Assembly: GCA_021734905.1 (NCBI GenBank)
Contig: JAIPIB010000003.1
Span: 1,334 to 65,333, forward strand
Direction of reading: 5' to 3'
DNA length: 64,000 nucleotides
Origin: Minisyncoccota bacterium
GTDB taxonomy: Bacteria > Patescibacteriota > Minisyncoccia > Phycocordibacterales > UBA918
Made by a program: the position numbers and the translations under genes. How positions within the stretch are numbered: position 1 is the stretch's first letter; every line of letters starts with the position of its first letter. Of the stretch, positions 61,077 through 64,000 are shown piece after piece. The notes under the pieces are model-generated. The model saw only the letters and a list, made by a program, of their open reading frames with translations. It ran no database searches and was not told the origin of the DNA.

Positions 61077-61242
61077 CATTTTAAGGCACCCCATTTGGGT
61101 GCTTTTAAAATGTGTGACAGGAGGAAGACACTCAATGTGTCTTCCGTCAGGATTTGAAAAGGTTGCCAGCGATTTTGAAGAATGAAAAATCGTGGCAACC
61201 TGTACCGGTCATGTAATGACCAAAATTCCTGCCCGGCGCACA
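61077..61242 (+). repeat. tRNA-associated three-hairpin element, copy 4 (3' of tRNA-Tyr)
   Basis: Hairpin ggaagacac/gtgtcttcc, antisense caggatttgaa, aggttgcca..tggcaacct, gtac, ggtcat-gta-atgacc, direct copy tcctgcccggcgcaca. Confidence 0.82.
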
Positions 61243-61313
61243 AAACTTGACAATACGCCATTTTCAGTGCAATATATTTTTAGTTAGCCCTTATCACAAC
61301 CTGAGGAGATATA

Positions 61314-61547
61314 ATGAATACTGCCACTGAGGAACTGTTCCAGATGGACACTTTGCAAGCAAAGCTCATGCAAGAATCCATGCGGGATCTTCAAATCACA
61401 AGTGGTGATGTTGGAAAGGTATTTGTCTTGAGAAACGGAGAGCAGGCCGGTGAGATAATTACTCGCGAATCTTTCGCCACCATCCCCGTCTTCGAAATAC
61501 ATGCGTGGGTTGTAGTCAGCGAATTTGACATTAATACGTTGGACTAA
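61314..61547 (+). CDS. Small hypothetical protein
   Basis: 77 aa, gaggag RBS, strong terminator after. Confidence 0.55.
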   Translation: MNTATEELFQMDTLQAKLMQESMRDLQITSGDVGKVFVLRNGEQAGEIITRESFATIPVFEIHAWVVVSEFDINTLD

Positions 61548-61569
61548 ACCGCTGTAACCAGGTCAACCA

Positions 61570-61625
61570 AGCTCCAGCGGGGAAAACAACCACAGTTGTC
61601 TTCCCCGCTGGAGCTGTTTTCTTTT
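61570..61625 (+). terminator. Long GC-rich terminator hairpin
   Basis: agctccagcggggaa..ttccccgctggagct followed by a T-run. Confidence 0.7.
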
Positions 61626-61859
61626 TCTGATATAAAAAAGGCCAGCGGGATTGCTGGCCATTGGTATGGTTACCAAACTTCGGTAAACCTTTTAATTTTT
61701 TAGGTTTTCTGGGTCCTTCACATGAAACTCGTTCTGATCGCCGCCTTTTTAATCGTCATCCAAAGATGAAGCAGAGCGAACTCCTGGGCGTCGATAATAA
61801 TTTTTGTACTCAACTCTGAATCCTAGTGTAGAAACTAGATACAAAAGTTTGAGATTCTT

Positions 61860-62426
61860 TCACAGATACTTTAGTCGAAGTCCTTCATTTTTTAAGTCAC
61901 ACAATGAATCGTATATGTCATGCATTACAACCCGCAACATCCGAAAATGTGTAAAGTTGTGTGCCACACACCCGTCTGCAATGAAGTTGTGCTCACCCTG
62001 TGTATACAGGTTAAACACTGGTTCAGTTGTTCCGGTTGGCGCAATACTCTTGATACAAGAATGTGCCGCTTTTGACGAACTGATGCGCATGATGCTGTCA
62101 CCTGGACTGAGCTTTTTAATCGACTGATATCCTTTATCAGTCATAAAGCTATGGCCCAAAGTACAGATCATTCCAACATCATCTGATTCAAAAGTTACAT
62201 TGACCAGTGGTGCTGGTTCGTGAACCAACTTGCGAGTGATTCGTCTTGGGACCAAAATGCCCTTTTTGTATGACAGAACCATTTCCCCTTCGGACAAATC
62301 TCCGATAGGAATTTTGCCACTCGGTGTTTCTATAAGTGTAGACTTGGGGAAACAATCCCAAGAATATTCAATACCTCTGGTACCTGCGCCTGGCAAATCA
62401 TTATCTACGTCAGAGTGCTTACCCAT
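61860..62426 (-). CDS. Stand-alone Hint (intein-like) domain protein
   Basis: D/CFPKSTLI.TP.G..PI..L..G..V; T..H; VFNL....HNFIADG.VAHN/F. Confidence 0.88.
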   Translation of the reverse strand: MGKHSDVDNDLPGAGTRGIEYSWDCFPKSTLIETPSGKIPIGDLSEGEMVLSYKKGILVPRRITRKLVHEPAPLVNVTFESDDVGMICTLGHSFMTDKGYQSIKKLSPGDSIMRISSSKAAHSCIKSIAPTGTTEPVFNLYTQGEHNFIADGCVAHNFTHFRMLRVVMHDIYDSLCDLKNEGLRLKYL

Positions 62427-62652
62427 GATTGTTTCCTTTCAAAGAACAGTCTAGACCGTTTTATGAAGCCGGTCAAAACGCTTCACGATGAAACAGAAAC
62501 ATTTCTATCTCACCGATAGTTTGACAATACCACTTTTTACTGTTTTGTCAAAATACTATCAGCTCATTTTATTAAAAATATATTGTAGAAATTCAGTGTA
62601 TTTTCTTTCTATATAAATCTAATCTATCGGTCAAGATCGATCTTCAACCAAC

Positions 62653-63825
62653 CTACTCTGCAACGTTACCATCAATTACTTCAGGAACATTTTTAGTCGT
62701 TGTTGGCATATCAAATTTACCATCACTATCCAAAATAATATTGTAGTGACGTTGAAATTTAATATCTGAATGTTGTATTTCATCAGACAAAGATGGGTCA
62801 CTTATTATACCAAGTGCACCAGATAATGTTATTGCGACAATCCATACAACTCCCAGACTAAGTGCTTTTATTGCAGTGAAAAGATTTCTTCCAGCAAGAA
62901 GGCTTCCTCCAGCTACAATGAGAACAATCAACGGGATCAACGCAGAAACAATGACCGCACATAAAAAGACATATCCAAACGGATCCGATAATATGATATG
63001 CGATACTTCTTTGATACTTGGATCAGTCCATCTACTATCAGCCATCCATAACATACTCGAAGTAACTACGAGCCCAGCCAGACTGATGGCCCCAACAAGC
63101 ACCAAGGCAAATCCAACGACATACCTAATGACCACGGCCAATGTACGGACGACAACACCAAGAAGATTGAAAATCTTCGTAAGGACTGGATAAATGCCTC
63201 CCCATGTATTTTTAACTCCAGCTTTCAAATTATTAGTATCAACCTCATCTACCTTTTTTTTTACTCGCTCAGTAATCTCCTTAAGAGTCATTTTTTCACC
63301 ACGCATTGCATATTTCTGTGTTGTTGTTTCTGCAGCAGGAACAACAAGCCAAAGAATAATATATGCAAGAATACCGAACCCACTAATGAATACTGAAAAG
63401 ATAAAGATGAGTCGGACAATGACCGGATCAATTTCAAAATATCGGGCGACTCCAGAAGCGACTCCAGCAACAACAACATCATCAGTATCACGGTAAAGAC
63501 GTTTCTTTGTGTCAGTTGTATTTAACTGTACACTTTCGTTACGTGAACCAGCATTTTCTCCTTCTTCATCAAAATCGTTGGGGCTACCCATTTCTGCAGT
63601 TACTTGCATGACATCACTACTCGTTACAGCACTTTTCTCACTACGCTTTCGTGCAGTAAATTTCTCAGCAATTGCACCCTCCATATCTTCAACAATTTCA
63701 CTAAGATCATTAGTTCTTGCTAGTTTTTGTCTAATAGCTTCAAGATATATCGAGAGAGTGTCAAACGCGTCTTGCTCTATTGCAAAGACAGAATTTCCAA
63801 GTGTTATATTAATTACTTTTTTCAT
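62653..63825 (-). CDS. PspC domain membrane protein
   Basis: MKK.I.I.LG..F.IE.DA, KRLYRD.DD..VAGVASG.A.YF.IDP..VR, AYIILW. Confidence 0.9.
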   Translation of the reverse strand: MKKVINITLGNSVFAIEQDAFDTLSIYLEAIRQKLARTNDLSEIVEDMEGAIAEKFTARKRSEKSAVTSSDVMQVTAEMGSPNDFDEEGENAGSRNESVQLNTTDTKKRLYRDTDDVVVAGVASGVARYFEIDPVIVRLIFIFSVFISGFGILAYIILWLVVPAAETTTQKYAMRGEKMTLKEITERVKKKVDEVDTNNLKAGVKNTWGGIYPVLTKIFNLLGVVVRTLAVVIRYVVGFALVLVGAISLAGLVVTSSMLWMADSRWTDPSIKEVSHIILSDPFGYVFLCAVIVSALIPLIVLIVAGGSLLAGRNLFTAIKALSLGVVWIVAITLSGALGIISDPSLSDEIQHSDIKFQRHYNIILDSDGKFDMPTTTKNVPEVIDGNVAE

Positions 63826-64000
63826 AATGTTTTATTAAGGTGTTAACAGATGTGTCGAGTGTTTTCCATGAATCCCCAAGTGTTGATAATACTAAATGTC
63901 CTTCTTTTGTTATGACGTACATTTTTCGTGGAGGTCCACTCTTACTTTCTTCCCACGAATACGAGACCAACCCATATCGTCTTAACCTAGAAAGTAATGG
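63809..64000 (-). CDS. PadR family regulator (3' part; runs off the window)
   Basis: My translation: PLLSRLRRYGLVSYSWEESKSGPPRKMYVITKEG...; overlaps the pspC start. Confidence 0.88.
   Translation of the reverse strand, partial: PLLSRLRRYGLVSYSWEESKSGPPRKMYVITKEGHLVLSTLGDSWKTLDTSVNTLIKHYEKSN

Noticed and set aside
61858-61862. Genetic code 25 (TGA=Gly) to explain the open frame beyond the Hint stop
   Set aside because: Long conserved genes are intact in code 11 and several end at TGA (e.g. dus at 42679).

Overview
64-kb bacterial chromosome window (~37-40% GC by eye) whose gene content fits a reduced-genome Patescibacteria/CPR (Parcubacteria-like) organism; this assignment is an inference. 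It holds housekeeping genes (uvrC, uvrA, uvrB, tgt, dnaX, serS, dus, dprA, topA, rel, parB, miaA, mltG), many membrane-anchored surface proteins, redox-repair genes and four tRNA genes without encoded CCA (Gln-UUG, Leu-CAA, Trp-CCA, Tyr-GUA). The most striking feature is non-coding. A conserved three-hairpin element (hairpin A; AGGTTGY...RCAAYCT long stem B; G[A/T]AC; small GTA(A)-loop hairpin C) occurs four times, always fused to partial copies of the adjacent tRNA, in sense and/or antisense orientation. At tRNA-Leu an intact tRNA gene sits at the apex of stem B, inside a disrupted paralogous tRNA-Leu. A fifth, looser structure follows tRNA-Trp. Other oddities: a chimeric umuD/surface-protein ORF, a frameshifted dikinase island with two His-swivel domains between dprA and topA, loss of Zn/Cys motifs in Tgt, DnaX, UvrA and a thioredoxin, a stand-alone Hint protein, a pilin fused to an M15-like peptidase, REP-like palindromes and apparently leaderless promoters. 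All calls come from reading motifs; no searches were run.
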